DNA of 64,000 bases from Macrostomum lignano (Eukaryota), in contig NIVC01000428.1 in NCBI GenBank assembly GCA_002269645.1, positions 1 to 64,000 of the forward strand, read 5' to 3'. Under the pieces are notes generated by a model, which was given only the letters and a program-made list of their open reading frames with translations, did not search any database and was not told the DNA's origin. The first letter of the stretch is position 1, and each line of letters starts with the position of its first letter. The translations under genes and the position numbers were made by a program. Below are positions 25,880 to 38,960 of this stretch, piece by piece.

Positions 25880-28800
25880 GCTGTCCCTTCTGGCCTGTAT
25901 GTTGATCCCTGTCTGTCCCAAGTAGCCTGTCTGTTGATCCCTGTCTGTCCCTTCTGGCCTATCTGTTGATCCCTGTCTGTCCCTTCTCGCCTGTCTGTTG
26001 ATCCCTGTCTGTCCCTTCTCGCCTGTCTGTTGATCCCTGTCTGTCCCAAGTAGCCTGTCTGTTGATCCCTGTCTGTCCCTTCTGGCCTGTCTGTTGATCC
26101 CTGTCTGTCCCAAGTAGCCTGTCTGTTGGTCCCTGTCTGTCCCTTCTGGCCTGTCTGTTAATCCCTGTCTGTCCCTTCTGGTCTGTCTGTTGATCCTTAT
26201 CTGTCCCTTCTGGCCTGTCTGTTGATCCCTGTCTGTCCCAAGTAGCCTGTCTGTTGATCCCTGTCTGTCCCTTCTGGCCTGTCTGTTAATCCCTGTCTGT
26301 CCCTTCTGGTCTGTCTGTTGATCCTTGTCTGTCCCTTCTGGTCTGTCTGTTGATCCCTGTCTGTCCCAAGTAGCCTGTCTGTTGATCCCTGTCTGTCCCT
26401 TCTGGCCTGTCTGTTGATCCCTGTCTGTCCCTTCTGGCCTGTCTGTTGATCCCTGTCTGTCCCTTCTGGCCTGTCTGTTGATCCCTGTCTGTCCCTTCTG
26501 GCCTGTCTGTTGATCCCTGTCTGTCCCAAGTAGCCTGTCTGTTGATCTCTGCCTGTCTCTTCTGGCCTGTCTGTTGATCCCTGTCTGTCCCAAGTAGCCT
26601 GTCTGTTGATCTCTGCCTGTCTCTTCTGGCCTGTCTGTTGATCCCTGTCTGTCCCAAGTAGCCTGTCTGTTGATTCCTGTCTGTCCCTTCTCGCCTGTCT
26701 GTTGATCCCTGTCTGTCCCAAGTAGCCTGTCTGTTGATCCCTGCCTGTCCCTTCTGGCCTGTCTGTTGATCCTTGTCTGTTCGTTCTGGCCTGTCTGTTG
26801 ATCCCTGTCTGTCCCTTCTGGCCTGTCTGTTAATCCGTGTCTGTCCCTTCTGGTCTGTCTGTTGATCCCTGTCTGTCCCAAGTAGCCTGTCTGTTGATCC
26901 CTGTCTGTCCCTTCTGGCCTGTCTGTTGATCCCTGTCTGTCCCAAGTAGCCTGTCTGTTGATCCCTGTCTGTCCCTTCTGGCCTGTCTGTTGATCCCTGT
27001 CTGTCCCAAGTAGCCTGTCTGTTGATCCCTGTCTGTCCCTTCTGGCCTGTCTGTTGATCCCTGTCTGTCCCTTCTGGTCTGTCTGTTGATCCCTGTCGCT
27101 GTCTGTCCCAAGTAGCCTGTCTGTTGATCCCTGTCTGTCCCTTCTGGCCTGTCTGTTGATCCCTGTCTGTCCCAAGTAGCCTGTCTGTTGATTCCTGTCT
27201 GTCCCTTCTCGCCTGTCTGTTGATCCCTGTCTGTCCCTTCTGGCCTGTCTGTTGATCCCTGTCTGTCCCTTCTGGCCTGTCTGTTGATCCCTGTCTGTCC
27301 CAAGTAGCCTGTCTGTTGATCTCTGCCTGTCTCTTCTGGCCTGTCTGTTGATCCCTGTCTGTCCCAAGTAGCCTGTCTGTTGATCTCTGCCTGTCTCTTC
27401 TGGCCTGTCTGTTGATCCCTGTCTGTCCCAAGTAGCCTGTCTGTTGATTCCTGTCTGTCCCTTCTCGCCTGTCTGTTGATCCCTGTCTGTCCCAAGTAGC
27501 CTGTCTGTTGATCCCTGTCTGTCCCTTCTGGCCTATTTGTTGATCCCTGTCTGTCCCTTCTCGCCTGTCTGTTGATCCCTGTCTGTCCCTTCTCGCCTGT
27601 CTGTTGATCCCTGTCTGTCCCTTCTCGCCTGTCTGTTGATCCCTGTCTGTCCCAAGTAGCCTGTCTGTTGATCCCTGTCTGTCCCTTCTGGCCTGTCTGT
27701 TGATCCCTGTCTGTCCCAAGTAGCCTGTCTGTTGATCCCTGTCTGTCCCTTCTGGCCTGTCTGTTAATCCCTGTCTGTCCCTTCTGGTCTGTCTGTTGAT
27801 CCTTATCTGTCCCTTCTGGCCTGTATGTTGATCCCTGTCTGTCCCAAGTAGCCTGTCTGTTGATCCCTGTCTGTCCCTTCTGGCCTATCTGTTGATCCCT
27901 GTCTGTCCCTTCTCGCCTGTCTGTTGATCCCTGTCTGTCCCTTCTCGCCTGTCTGTTGATCCCTGTCTGTCCCAAGTAGCCTGTCTGTTGATCCCTGTCT
28001 GTCCCTTCTGGCCTGTCTGTCAATCCCTGTCTGTCCCTTCTGGTCTGTCTGTTGATCCTTATCTGTCCCTTCTGGCCTGTCTGTTGATCCCTGTCTGTCC
28101 CAAGTAGCCTGTCTGTTGATCCCTGTCTGTCCCTTCTGGCCTGTCTGTTAATCCCTGTCTGTCCCTTCTGGTCTGTCTGTTGATCCTTGTCTGTCCCTTC
28201 TGGTCTGTCTGTTGATCCCTGTCTGTCCCAAGTAGCCTGTCTGTTGATCCCTGTCTGTCCCTTCTGGCCTGTCTGTTGATCCCTGTCTGTCCCTTCTGGC
28301 CTGTCTGTTGATCCCTGTCTGTCCCTTCTGGCCTGTCTGTTGATCCCTGTCTGTCCCAAGTAGCCTGTCTGTTGATCTCTGCCTGTCTCTTCTGGCCTGT
28401 CTGTTGATCCCTGTCTGTCCCAAGTAGCCTGTCTGTTGATCTCTGCCTGTCTCTTCTGGCCTGTCTGTTGATCCCTGTCTGTCCCAAGTAGCCTGTCTGT
28501 TGATTCCTGTCTGTCCCTTCTCGCCTGTCTGTTGATCCCTGTCTGTCCCAAGTAGCCTGTCTGTTGATCCCTGCCTGTCCCTTCTGGCCTGTCTGTTGAT
28601 CCTTGTCTGTTCGTTCTGGCCTGTCTGTTGATCCCTGTCTGTCCCTTCTGGCCTGTCTGTTAATCCGTGTCTGTCCCTTCTGGTCTGTCTGTTGATCCCT
28701 GTCTGTCCCAAGTAGCCTGTCTGTTGATCCCTGTCTGTCCCTTCTGGCCTGTCTGTTGATCCCTGTCTGTCCCAAGTAGCCTGTCTGTTGATCCCTGTCT

Positions 28801-29124
28801 GTCCCTTCTGGCCTGTCTGTTGATCCCTGTCTGTCCCAAGTAGCCTGTCTGTTGATCCCTGTCTGTCCCTTCTGGCCTGTCTGTTGATCCCTGTCTGTCC
28901 CTTCTGGTCTGTCTGTTGATCCCTGTCGCTGTCTGTCCCAAGTAGCCTGTCTGTTGATCCCTGTCTGTCCCTTCTGGCCTGTCTGTTGATCCCTGTCTGT
29001 CCCAAGTAGCCTGTCTGTTGATTCCTGTCTGTCCCTTCTCGCCTGTCTGTTGATCCCTGTCTGTCCCTTCTGGCCTGTCTGTTGATCCCTGTCTGTCCCA
29101 AGTAGCCTGTCTGTTGATCCCTGT
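25880..29124. repeat. 3.2-kb satellite, 32-nt unit ctgtctgttgatccctgtctgtcc plus a variable 8-mer (caagtagc / cttctggc / cttctcgc)
   Basis: About 100 units; rare variants recur at a 1830-bp offset. Confidence 0.96.
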
Positions 29125-29739
29125 CAGGTGAGTCGTGCTCTCAAGAAGAGATCTCAGTTCTCAGCTAAAGTCGTGATGAGGCTAAAACTCGGAGTTCCAT
29201 ACTCTGTCGCGGACTTCTGTACTTGTCCTCTGCGGCGATGCATGCCCGAGCTTTCTGTCCGGGATGTGCCCCGCCCACGCTGCGCAGAGCTATAAGTCCA
29301 TCCCTGTCTCGTCGCCCCGGGCGATTCTTCCAATATTCGAAATTGCTTTCATTTCTTCGGAATTTGCAACTTTCTTGCCGACGATGCCGCAGGACCTCAG
29401 CTGGCCTTTGCTTGCCCCCCCCCATAAATTCTGTTGGACTCCCTCTCTCCATGTCCCTCTAATTAACTTCGTCACTTCAAAGTCAAATTTTAATCCTTGG
29501 GGAAAGTTAAATCGCGATTTAATCAAATATACGTCAACTTCGAAGCCTTAACTTGTCGTTTCGAGGATAGACTCAAACACGAAAAAAATTGATTAATTAA
29601 AAATTAATAGAATTAATAGAAGCTATCAAGAGGTGGATACCCGGCTGTTGACTTTCTCTCATTAACGAAAAAGAAGGAAGCCAGATGCAAAGCTTCGAGC
29701 ATTATTAAGCGCTAAATTGGAAAAATGTCACGCACCATG

Positions 29740-30190
29740 AGCTAATATTTTTATTCGCAAACAGTGTCCGGGGCGTCGGCATCAGCCGGCAGGCAGTCGA
29801 CGAAACGCCGAGTGGGCGCGTCTCCTCGCCGGTAGGGTGCCTGCAGCGACAGCAGCAGCTCCTCCTGCACCGGCTACGGGCAGTAGGACTCAGCTGGAGT
29901 CGCTGACAGCACAACAGTTCGCTGCGACGGGACAGGCCGGTGCGGCGATAGAGTGCCGCATTGGTGACTCGCTCGTAGCCGATCTTGAAGTTGGCGCGCG
30001 AAGGTCGAGCGATTGTACAGCAGGACGGTCTCGGTCACCGCCTGGAACAACGCCGCCCTCTGGCGGTCAGGCAGGGCCTCAGACTGCAGGACAGCCCCCT
30101 CACGTAACGGAAGTCAGCCCAGGCAAATCCTCGGCGACGTCGCAGGTTGTCGCGAACGTCAGGCACCAGACCGCCGAGTTAGACAAACTG
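29740..30190 (-). mobile_element. Decayed 3' fragment of a non-LTR retrotransposon (RT C-terminal region, RTE-like)
   Basis: Minus strand reads LGGLVPDVRDNLRRRRGFAWADFR, frameshift, then AVLQSEALPDRQRAALFQAVTETVLLYN...AESYCP*PVQEELLL. This resembles the YLG...AW...LF...VLLY..ETW post-RT region of LINEs. In-frame stop at 29874-29876. Family assigned from memory. Confidence 0.55.
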
Positions 30191-30764
30191 CATGGACAAC
30201 ACTCGCTCGAGAAATATTCGTCAAGAAAAAGAGGGTCCACAAGGTGAGTTATTGTCCATTTACATGTAGTGTTCGGCGGTGGAGTCCTCTTGCTTTTGTT
30301 GTCCAGGCTATTTTAGTCATTCATCAAAGCAGAGCCAGGAGCCCGTCAAACTTACGCACCAAAGACTCCATTTTACGCAGCAGGAAGTGCGGCTTATCAA
30401 TATCCGTAATCAGAGTCCCCCTCACCTGGCCTGTCAAGGTGAAAGCTGGCACAGGATAAAACTTTGATGACTGAATCCCAAGTCGAGTGGTTTTAAGATC
30501 CTATTTTTAGCGTCAGAGCTCGGCTCAGATTTCCGACAGAGAGGACACCCGAGGCACCTGGCTCTGGACTCTACCTATATGCCAAAAAAATATTCAGGTT
30601 TCTTATTTAATGCGTCTTGAAAGTAAAGTTGCCTAAAAATTCTTTAAATTCTTTACTGTGCTACTTTGAGTAACAATAGGTGCTTCCACAAAAAAGGAAA
30701 TAGCAGAGTGACCTGGAGAATGAGGGTAATGTACTTGCACTCATTGACTGGCTATAGACTAAAC

Positions 30765-31197
30765 TCCTATTCTATGCTATTGGTACTGGCCATAGACTAA
30801 ACCCATGCAGATCCTATGCAATTGGTGCTGGCCATAGACTACCATGCAGATTCTATGCAATTGTTACTGGCCATAGACTAAACCCGTTCAGATTCTATAC
30901 AATTGGTACTGGCCATAGACTAAACCCGTTCAGATTCTATACAATTGTTACTGGCCATAGACTAAACCCGTTCAGATTCTATACAATTGGTACTGGCCAT
31001 AGACTAAACCCGTTCAGATTCTATACAATTGGTGCTGGCCATAGACTAAACCCGTTCAGATTCTATACAATTGGTACTGGCCATAGACTAAACCCGTTCA
31101 GATTCTATACAATTGGTACTGGTCATAGACTAAACCCGTTCAGATTCTATACAATTGGTACTGGCCATAGACTAAACCCGTGCAAATTCTATGCAAC
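30765..31197. repeat. Minisatellite, 42-nt unit ggtactggccatagactaaacccgttcagattctatacaatt
   Basis: About 10 tandem copies. Confidence 0.93.
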
Positions 31198-32024
31198 TGA
31201 GATACAAGCTGGTCATCGACTAAAACTGAGTCACCGCTTACTCATAAAAAATGAATTGAGCTTTAGTTCTATAAACTCAGATGTAAGAATTGAGAAAGCA
31301 TGCGAGACAGAACCCAATTTTTTTCTGCAGCAATTTTCAGGGGTGGGCGTGGCTGCAGAGGGAGGCGCCACCAAAATTCACAGATGACGCAACGGAGCGA
31401 ATAACGGCGGGGCATGGCTGCCTCTCCAGACTCTCCTGCTGTCAGGACTAATTTGGCAGATGACTGGATGGAGGGGTTGAAGCGATTAAAAGGAGGGAAG
31501 GCTGCAAGGAGGCTGGGACACCCGAAGCCCCCCAATCATATTTGCATTTCCTACCCCATTGAATAAAGTGGACTATACAATGATGGCAGGGCAGACAGTT
31601 GTCTTGAATGTCTCAGCTCTCTGTCTCTAGTTTCAAATTTTGCCCCTCAGGCCCTGAGGGAATGAAAAAGGCGCCCCAAGGACGCAATCTGTTGCACAGA
31701 AGACCAAGAAAGAGAGCAGCAGCAGCAGAGAACTGCCGCGCAGCGCTTCAACTCTGGGGCATCTGCAGGGGTTTGGAGGCATTTTGTTTTAAGTTTCAGC
31801 TACAAGAGATCTCTCAAGTAAGACTTGGTCTATTTTTGAATTGGTGCCTAATTGGGAGCTCGCTTGAAGCATTCTAGAGAATTCCAGAATTTGAGTTTGA
31901 TTCGGCTGCAATGAATTCTAATCAAGTCGACCCCCTTCTGTCTCGATAGAGCTCCAAAACTAGGCTCAAAGTCCATTTTTCATTTAAGCGTTTGAATTCC
32001 TCCAAAATTAACTCTGATTCCTTT

Positions 32025-32930
32025 GGCGATACCGCCTGATTATTTTTAAACCCCGACCATCCCTTTGAAGTTGCCGCCTGATTGTTTTTAAAACCCAGAG
32101 CATGCCTTTAAAGTTGCCGCCTTTGTCAAACTCCCGACCATCTCTTTGAAGTTGCCGCCTGATTATTTTTAAAACCCGGACCATCCCTTTGAAGTTGTCT
32201 CCTGATTATTTTTAAAACCCAGACCTTCCCTTTGAAGTTGCCGCCTGATTATTTTTAAAACCCGGACCATCCCTTTGAAGTTGTCTCCTGATTATTTTTA
32301 AAACCCGGACCATCCCTTTGAAGTTGTCTCCTGATTATTTTTAAAACCCGGACCATCCCCTTGAAGTTGTCTCCTGATTATTTTTAAAACCTGGACCATC
32401 CCTTTGAAGTTGTCTCCTGATTATTTTTAAAACCCGGACCATCCCTTTGAAGTTGCCAACTGATTATTTTTAAAACCCGGACCATCCCTTTGAAGTTGCC
32501 AACTGATTATTTTTAAAACCCGGACCATCCCTTTGAAGTTGCCAACTGATTATTTTTAAAACCCGGACCATCCCTTTGAAGTTGCCAACTGATTATTTTT
32601 AAAACCCGGACCATCCCTTTGAAGTTGCCGCCTGATAATTTTTTAAACCCGGACCATCCCTTTGAAGTTGCCGCCTGATTATTTTTAAAACCCGGACCAT
32701 CCTTTGAAGTTGCCGCCTGATTATTTTTAAAACCCGACCGTCCTTTGAAGTTGCCACCTGATAATTTTTAAAACCCGGACCATCCTTTGAAGTTGCCGCC
32801 TGATTATTTTTAAACCCCGACCATCATTTTAAATTGTCTCCTGATTTTTTTTAAAACCCAGACCTTCCCTTTGAAGTTGCCGCCTGATAATTTTTAAAAC
32901 TCGGACCATCCCTTTGAAGTTGCCGCTAAT
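32025..32930. repeat. Minisatellite, ~43-nt unit ttgaagttgccgcctgattatttttaaaacccggaccatccct
   Basis: About 21 tandem copies; stray ttgaagttgccg motifs at ~33025 and ~33200. Confidence 0.94.
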
Positions 32931-34604
32931 AATAAAGGAAAAGAAAAATTTAACCACCACTTTGCTTCAGCCAATCATTATAAATTCACCAACTCACTAG
33001 AGCATTCTCAGTCAGTCAGAGTCTTTGAAGTTGCCGACCATCCTGCAATCTCAGCGCACTTTGAAAGCTCTTTAAAGCGACGCGCACTATTTAGAAACCT
33101 CAAAGTTTCAGTTCAAATTACGATAATAAAGTTCAACCCAGCCGGTTAACTTCCGTTCGCTCATCTATTATGTGAATCTGGCCGTGACACACAAGTTCCG
33201 TTTGAAGTTGCCGCCATCAAGTTCCTACACAATTGCATGTAATTGATTCTCTCCGAAGCCTTGTGGCAAAAGTCTAACGCGGCAAAAGTACAATAAAAAG
33301 CAATTTTGCTGAAAGCAAACAATCTAGCTTTTTTGCTAAGCAATTTTCGTTTTACTCGTACGAGTAAATATTGAAAAAATTGCGCCTTTCAAAAGCAGAC
33401 TGAATTGATTTATGAATAGAGCCAGCCAGGCCTTCTGCATTGCTGGCATCGCATTGTCTCTCTCAGCCTGAATCGCCATATCCTTAGGCGATCGCTGATT
33501 GGCTTTCTTGAAAGCAGCCAATCAGCGATCGCTGCAAAGCTGAAGTCACTAATAGAGGCTGCCCCCCCCGTGCCCGACCATTTGTGATTTGGCTGAGGCC
33601 ATCAATTATTTGTTGGACAGTTTCGGCCAGAAAAACTGCATGCGCTGCTGCTCAGGAAATAAGAAGAGAAGATTGAGACGAAGCCGGAGCCGCAATAACC
33701 ACAGCAGCAGCAAGCAGGGAGTGACAACAGATCGTCTTGGACGGAGAGGGTCCACGTCAACTGGGTGAGTGGCTCGCTGGCTGCTGTAATTCGGCCTTAA
33801 TTGAGGGAGGAGAGGGGGTTATTAAGGTCGGTGGTTCGATTCTTCACTTCGATCGACCGGCGGTGCCTCTTCATTCGCAGTTGCCGCTCTTCATCATGCT
33901 TTCCCTGCCACTCCAGACGCTGAGCACAATAATAAAGCAAGCCAAGGGAAGTCTGAAAACTTCTCTCCCAGATTGCTTCGTCCCGAGTTGCCCAGCTGGA
34001 ATCGAGTGGATTCCTGCTCACAGAGAGAGAGAGAGAGACTGGCTGCGAAAGTAGCAATGATGAAGCAGAAATATTTTAAAAGGCCTTTGCTCAAACCCCG
34101 CCCCATCACTGCTCGGGGACAAGAGAAGAAGCCGGAGTGGCCGCGAAGGAAAACACGAAGGCGGCCCCCCGAAACGACGGAGGTGGGAAAAGCACTCTGC
34201 TCTGCCGGCGCGAAAATTGAAAATAAGGGGAAGGCAGCGCGAAGAGATGATTTTGCATGTCGTGCTATTCCCCGACCAGTACGGCAGCGAAAGCCGGTGC
34301 AGACAGGGAGGTATTTTGGGAGGGATTTTTCCGTCGAACGGGTATTCCCACGGCGCGGGGACGAGGATGATGAGAAGTGTTGCCGGGAATGAGCAATTTT
34401 TTTCTCATCTTGGCTTCATAGTCAAATTGGGCAAGCGCTGCCGCAGAAGCAGCTGGGGTCCCCCGATGGGAGCTGAGATGCGTGAACAGTTGGGGATCTG
34501 GGCTGGGCAGCAGCTGGCTGCGGAGCCAAGACTTCCCACCTCTGAGTCTGAGCTCACTGCGTAAGCACGTGAGCTCACTTTTGTACTCGGTAACTCTTTC
34601 TTGA

Positions 34605-34810
34605 ACTCACAAACTCATGAACTCAGAAACTCATGAACTCAGAAACTCATGAACTCAGAAACTCATGAACTCAGAAACTCATGAACTCAGAAACTCATGA
34701 ACTCAGAAACTCATGAACTCATGAACTCATGAACTCAGAAAAACTCACAAACTCATGAACTCATGAACTCAGGAACTCAGGAACTCATTAACTCAGGAAC
34801 TCACGATCAC
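34605..34810. repeat. Short minisatellite (gaactcagaaactcat-type units)
   Basis: Seen directly. Confidence 0.85.
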
Positions 34811-36233
34811 ACCCATTAACTCATATTCTATGAACTCCCATATAAGCTCATGATCTCATTCTTGAACACATTTGACTCATTCACTCGCTCATTGATTCAC
34901 TCACTAACTCAGTCGCTCCGATGCTTCACACAAACAAATCAATCCGCAGCTCAATGAGACAATGAATTATTTGAGCTCAGCTAAGCGTAGCCGTGTGCTA
35001 CTCAGCAGCCCAGTGAAAGCTTTTAGTCACGCAGCAAGGCAGCTGCTAGCAGACAGTGTGATAGACATCTGTCAGTCACCTTCGCCCCAAGAGCTCTGCG
35101 GAAGGCCGAGAGACCACACAGAGGCCCGGACAGACCCATTGTGGCCGAACTGACCGCATGCACAGCCACTTTCTCCAGTTTATTAAAACCTCTCAGCGGG
35201 GGGTGGGCGGAGCGCCTTGGCCTCTCAGACTGCCAGACTGCCAGCGTCTTCTCCGCTAAAAGTTCCTATCTAAAAATATTCTCAAACTTAAAAAATGTTG
35301 GCGATTAAAAAATTTAAGTAGATTCCGGACAATGAGTCCGCTGGATACCGTTGATCAGCTCTGGTTGAGCATAGGGTGGCGGTGGGAGGGGGGTGCGTCA
35401 CGCTCGCTGACTCATCTGATCTGAGAGCAGGGCCCCTGTCTGACTGTCTCCCAACCCCCCATCTCTATCAGCAGCTCAAATCTCAATTTGTTTTCTACAA
35501 GCCAAGATTTCATATAGTTTGAGGAAAGTCTTTGAGCACTAGGGAGTTTCGCCCGATGAGTGTGTGACGTCAGCGCTGCTCCTCGAGATTCCCACTCGAG
35601 AGTTGAGAGCAGCGGCGAATGCGCACTCAACAGCTGCCGCCCAGTCCTCGCATCTCCCTGCCTTCCGATGTCAGTCTCCTTCATCTTGAAGCCCGTTATC
35701 ACGGCATCGAATCTCCGGGTTATCAGCAGCGATCGTTTGGCGCATCGCATGCGCACAATAAAATTCACGCGAGTAGGCGCGCCGCCCTTAGCAACAGAGA
35801 AGACGATTTTGGGTGATTTAGCAAAAAAACCTGCATATCTGTATAGTGGAATTTATTGAGGCGGTTGCAAATGCCAGCCCCCCCCCCCCCTGTTGTGCGT
35901 GTTTTTGTGCGCCGAACAGCAAAGGCAGACAGGACATCCTGGCCCTGGCGGTGTAAATTGTAATTTCGTGTCCGTCCGCCCGCGCCCCGGGTTGGCGTCG
36001 GGCGAAAAAAGCTTTCTAGGAAAGTAGGGGAAGGAGAGCCAGCGGTCACGGGAAGGGGCGCAAGAGGGCAACAGGGAGGTGGAGCGGACCGACTGGCAAT
36101 CGGTTTTCTATTCGAATTCCTGCCTGTCTGTGGCTTGTTTGCCATCCATTACCGAGGAGAGGGGGTACTGGAGCTGGGTGAGACTCGCCTGCCTGACAGC
36201 GTCTGACACAGCCTTGCATCCGAGTGCGATGCT

Positions 36234-36881
<648 letters not shown>

Positions 36882-37261
36882 TCTCAGCAGAGCCGCAGGG
36901 ACGCATTCCTTCCCTGGCTGAGGGAATGTCAAGACAGTCCGAAAGGGAGGGGGCATTTCAGTCCAATTTGGCCCACCAAGCCATTATCCTTGTCAGGTCG
37001 CTGTTCAAAACAGTTTTTCTCCAGCCACCCGTCTCAAAGCTGTTTTTGATGAGGAAACAAGAACAGGAAGCCGCAGCATCCCAGTCTCCTCCTGATCAAA
37101 CGAATTCACGCCCGAATTGAGCTGCTCAGATGCTCACACAAAGCTATCTGGGAGCAGTATCGGGAAATATGAAACTCCTGTCTCTGGCCAGCTTTGAATT
37201 CCGCATGAGGACTGGCAGAATCAACTTCTGGCTTGCTCAGTTTTTTTAAGCTTCGAAAGCA

Positions 37262-37610
37262 CCATGGACACAGCATTCTAGCCTATGGACACAGTATTCT
37301 AGCCTATGGACACAGCATTCTAGCCTATGGACACAGTATTCTAGCCTATGGACACAGTATTCTAGCCTATGGACACAGTATTTTGTGCCCATGGACACAG
37401 TATTCTAGCCTATGGACACAGTATTCTAGCCTATGGACACAGCATTCTAGCCTATGGACACAGTATTCTAGCCTATGGACACAGTATTCTAGCCTATGGA
37501 CACAGTATTCTAGCCTATGGACACAGCATTCTAGCCTATGGACACAGTATTCTAGCCTATGGACACAGTATTCTAGCCTATGGACACAGTATTTTGTGCC
37601 CATGGACACA
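37262..37610. repeat. Minisatellite, 21-nt unit ctagcctatggacacagtatt
   Basis: Seen directly. Confidence 0.93.
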
Positions 37611-37704
37611 TACGAAAATCCCTTTGACCATAAGACACAGTCTATTCAGCACATGCATCTTTACCTAGTGTCCCTAGCTCGTAGACGAAGGACATACATC
37701 CTCA

Positions 37705-38010
37705 CCATAGACACACTTCCCACACCATAGACACACTTTCCACACCATAGACACACTTCCCACATCATAGACACACTTTCCACACCATAGACACACTTTC
37801 CACACCATAGACACACTTCCCACACCATAGACACACTTCCCACACCATAGACACACTTCCCACACCATAGACACACTTCCCACACCATAGACACGCTTCC
37901 CACACCATAGACACACTTCCCACACCATAGACACACTTCCCACACCATAGACACGCTTCCCACACCATAGACACACTTCCCACACCATAGACACACTTCC
38001 CACACCATAG
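37705..38010. repeat. Minisatellite, 20-nt unit cacaccatagacacacttcc
   Basis: Seen directly. Confidence 0.93.
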
Positions 38011-38639
38011 TCATTTTTTTCTATATTTCTTTTGTCCCATTTTTCCCTATATTGTCAAACTTTTACTTTGCAACAACAGTTATTTAGAAAGCATTAAGCT
38101 TTTACATGCCACATTTGTCAAGCCCTTTCTTGACTGACGAATCCCTTTTAGATCCTAGCGCGATCCTTGACAAAAATCCCTAATTCATTCTAACAAAATG
38201 CAACCCCAGCAAAAAGCTCCTGGGCTGGCGACACATCTTGTAAAGATTTTTTTGTTGCAGGGCGTTAGAGTGTGACATGAGGGTTGGAGGGGAATATCCT
38301 CATTTCTTGATGGATAAGTGTCAACCTCCCTGCACTAAGAGCCTCTACCTGGGCAAATACGCACGTTAATTCTGCCCCCAGATAAAGCAGCCTCTTTGTC
38401 TCTTTAGATGGATAGGCAGATAGATGGAGAGATGCTGTTCTGCTGAAACAGAACTTTGAGCAAAATAAATACGACTCACAAATGGGATAACGAAACAAAG
38501 AAGATGAGGAACAATTAGAAGAGGAGAACACAGAAAGTTAGAGTAGATGAGGTAAGGCCGGGAAAACAGGTATATATTAATAGTTATTGTTACTAGAAAT
38601 AGAGACTAAATAGAGTGGATGCATAGATTCTGGAGAGAA

Positions 38640-38960
38640 TAGATATGGAAATCAGAAACTAGACTAAATATGGGGACTAGAGAGAATAGATATAGAAAAT
38701 AGACTAGGTTTGGAGATTAGAATAGGGGATATGGAGACTAGACTAAGTATGGAGACTTGACTAGATATGGAGACTAGAATAGACATAGATAATAGAATAG
38801 ATATAGAGACTAGACTAGATATGGAGACTAGACTAGATACAGAGACTAGACTAGATACAGAGACTAGAATAGACATGGATAATAGAATAGATATAGAGAG
38901 ACTTGACTAGATATAGAGACTAGAATATATATATATAGACTAGACTAGATATGCAGACTA
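38640..38960. repeat. Degenerate gagactagactagatat-type repeat
   Basis: Imperfect tandem copies. Confidence 0.75.

Noticed and set aside
25727-29101. Several 200-570-aa GQTGINRQ ORFs, and the array as a CRISPR-like locus
   Set aside because: Satellite translations; the variable 8-mers are a few recurring types, not unique spacers, and there are no cas genes in this eukaryotic DNA.
29165-29551. Overlapping 80-95-aa ORFs on both strands as a transposase or gene fragment
   Set aside because: No motif I can recognise and no consistent splice sites; a profile search would be needed.
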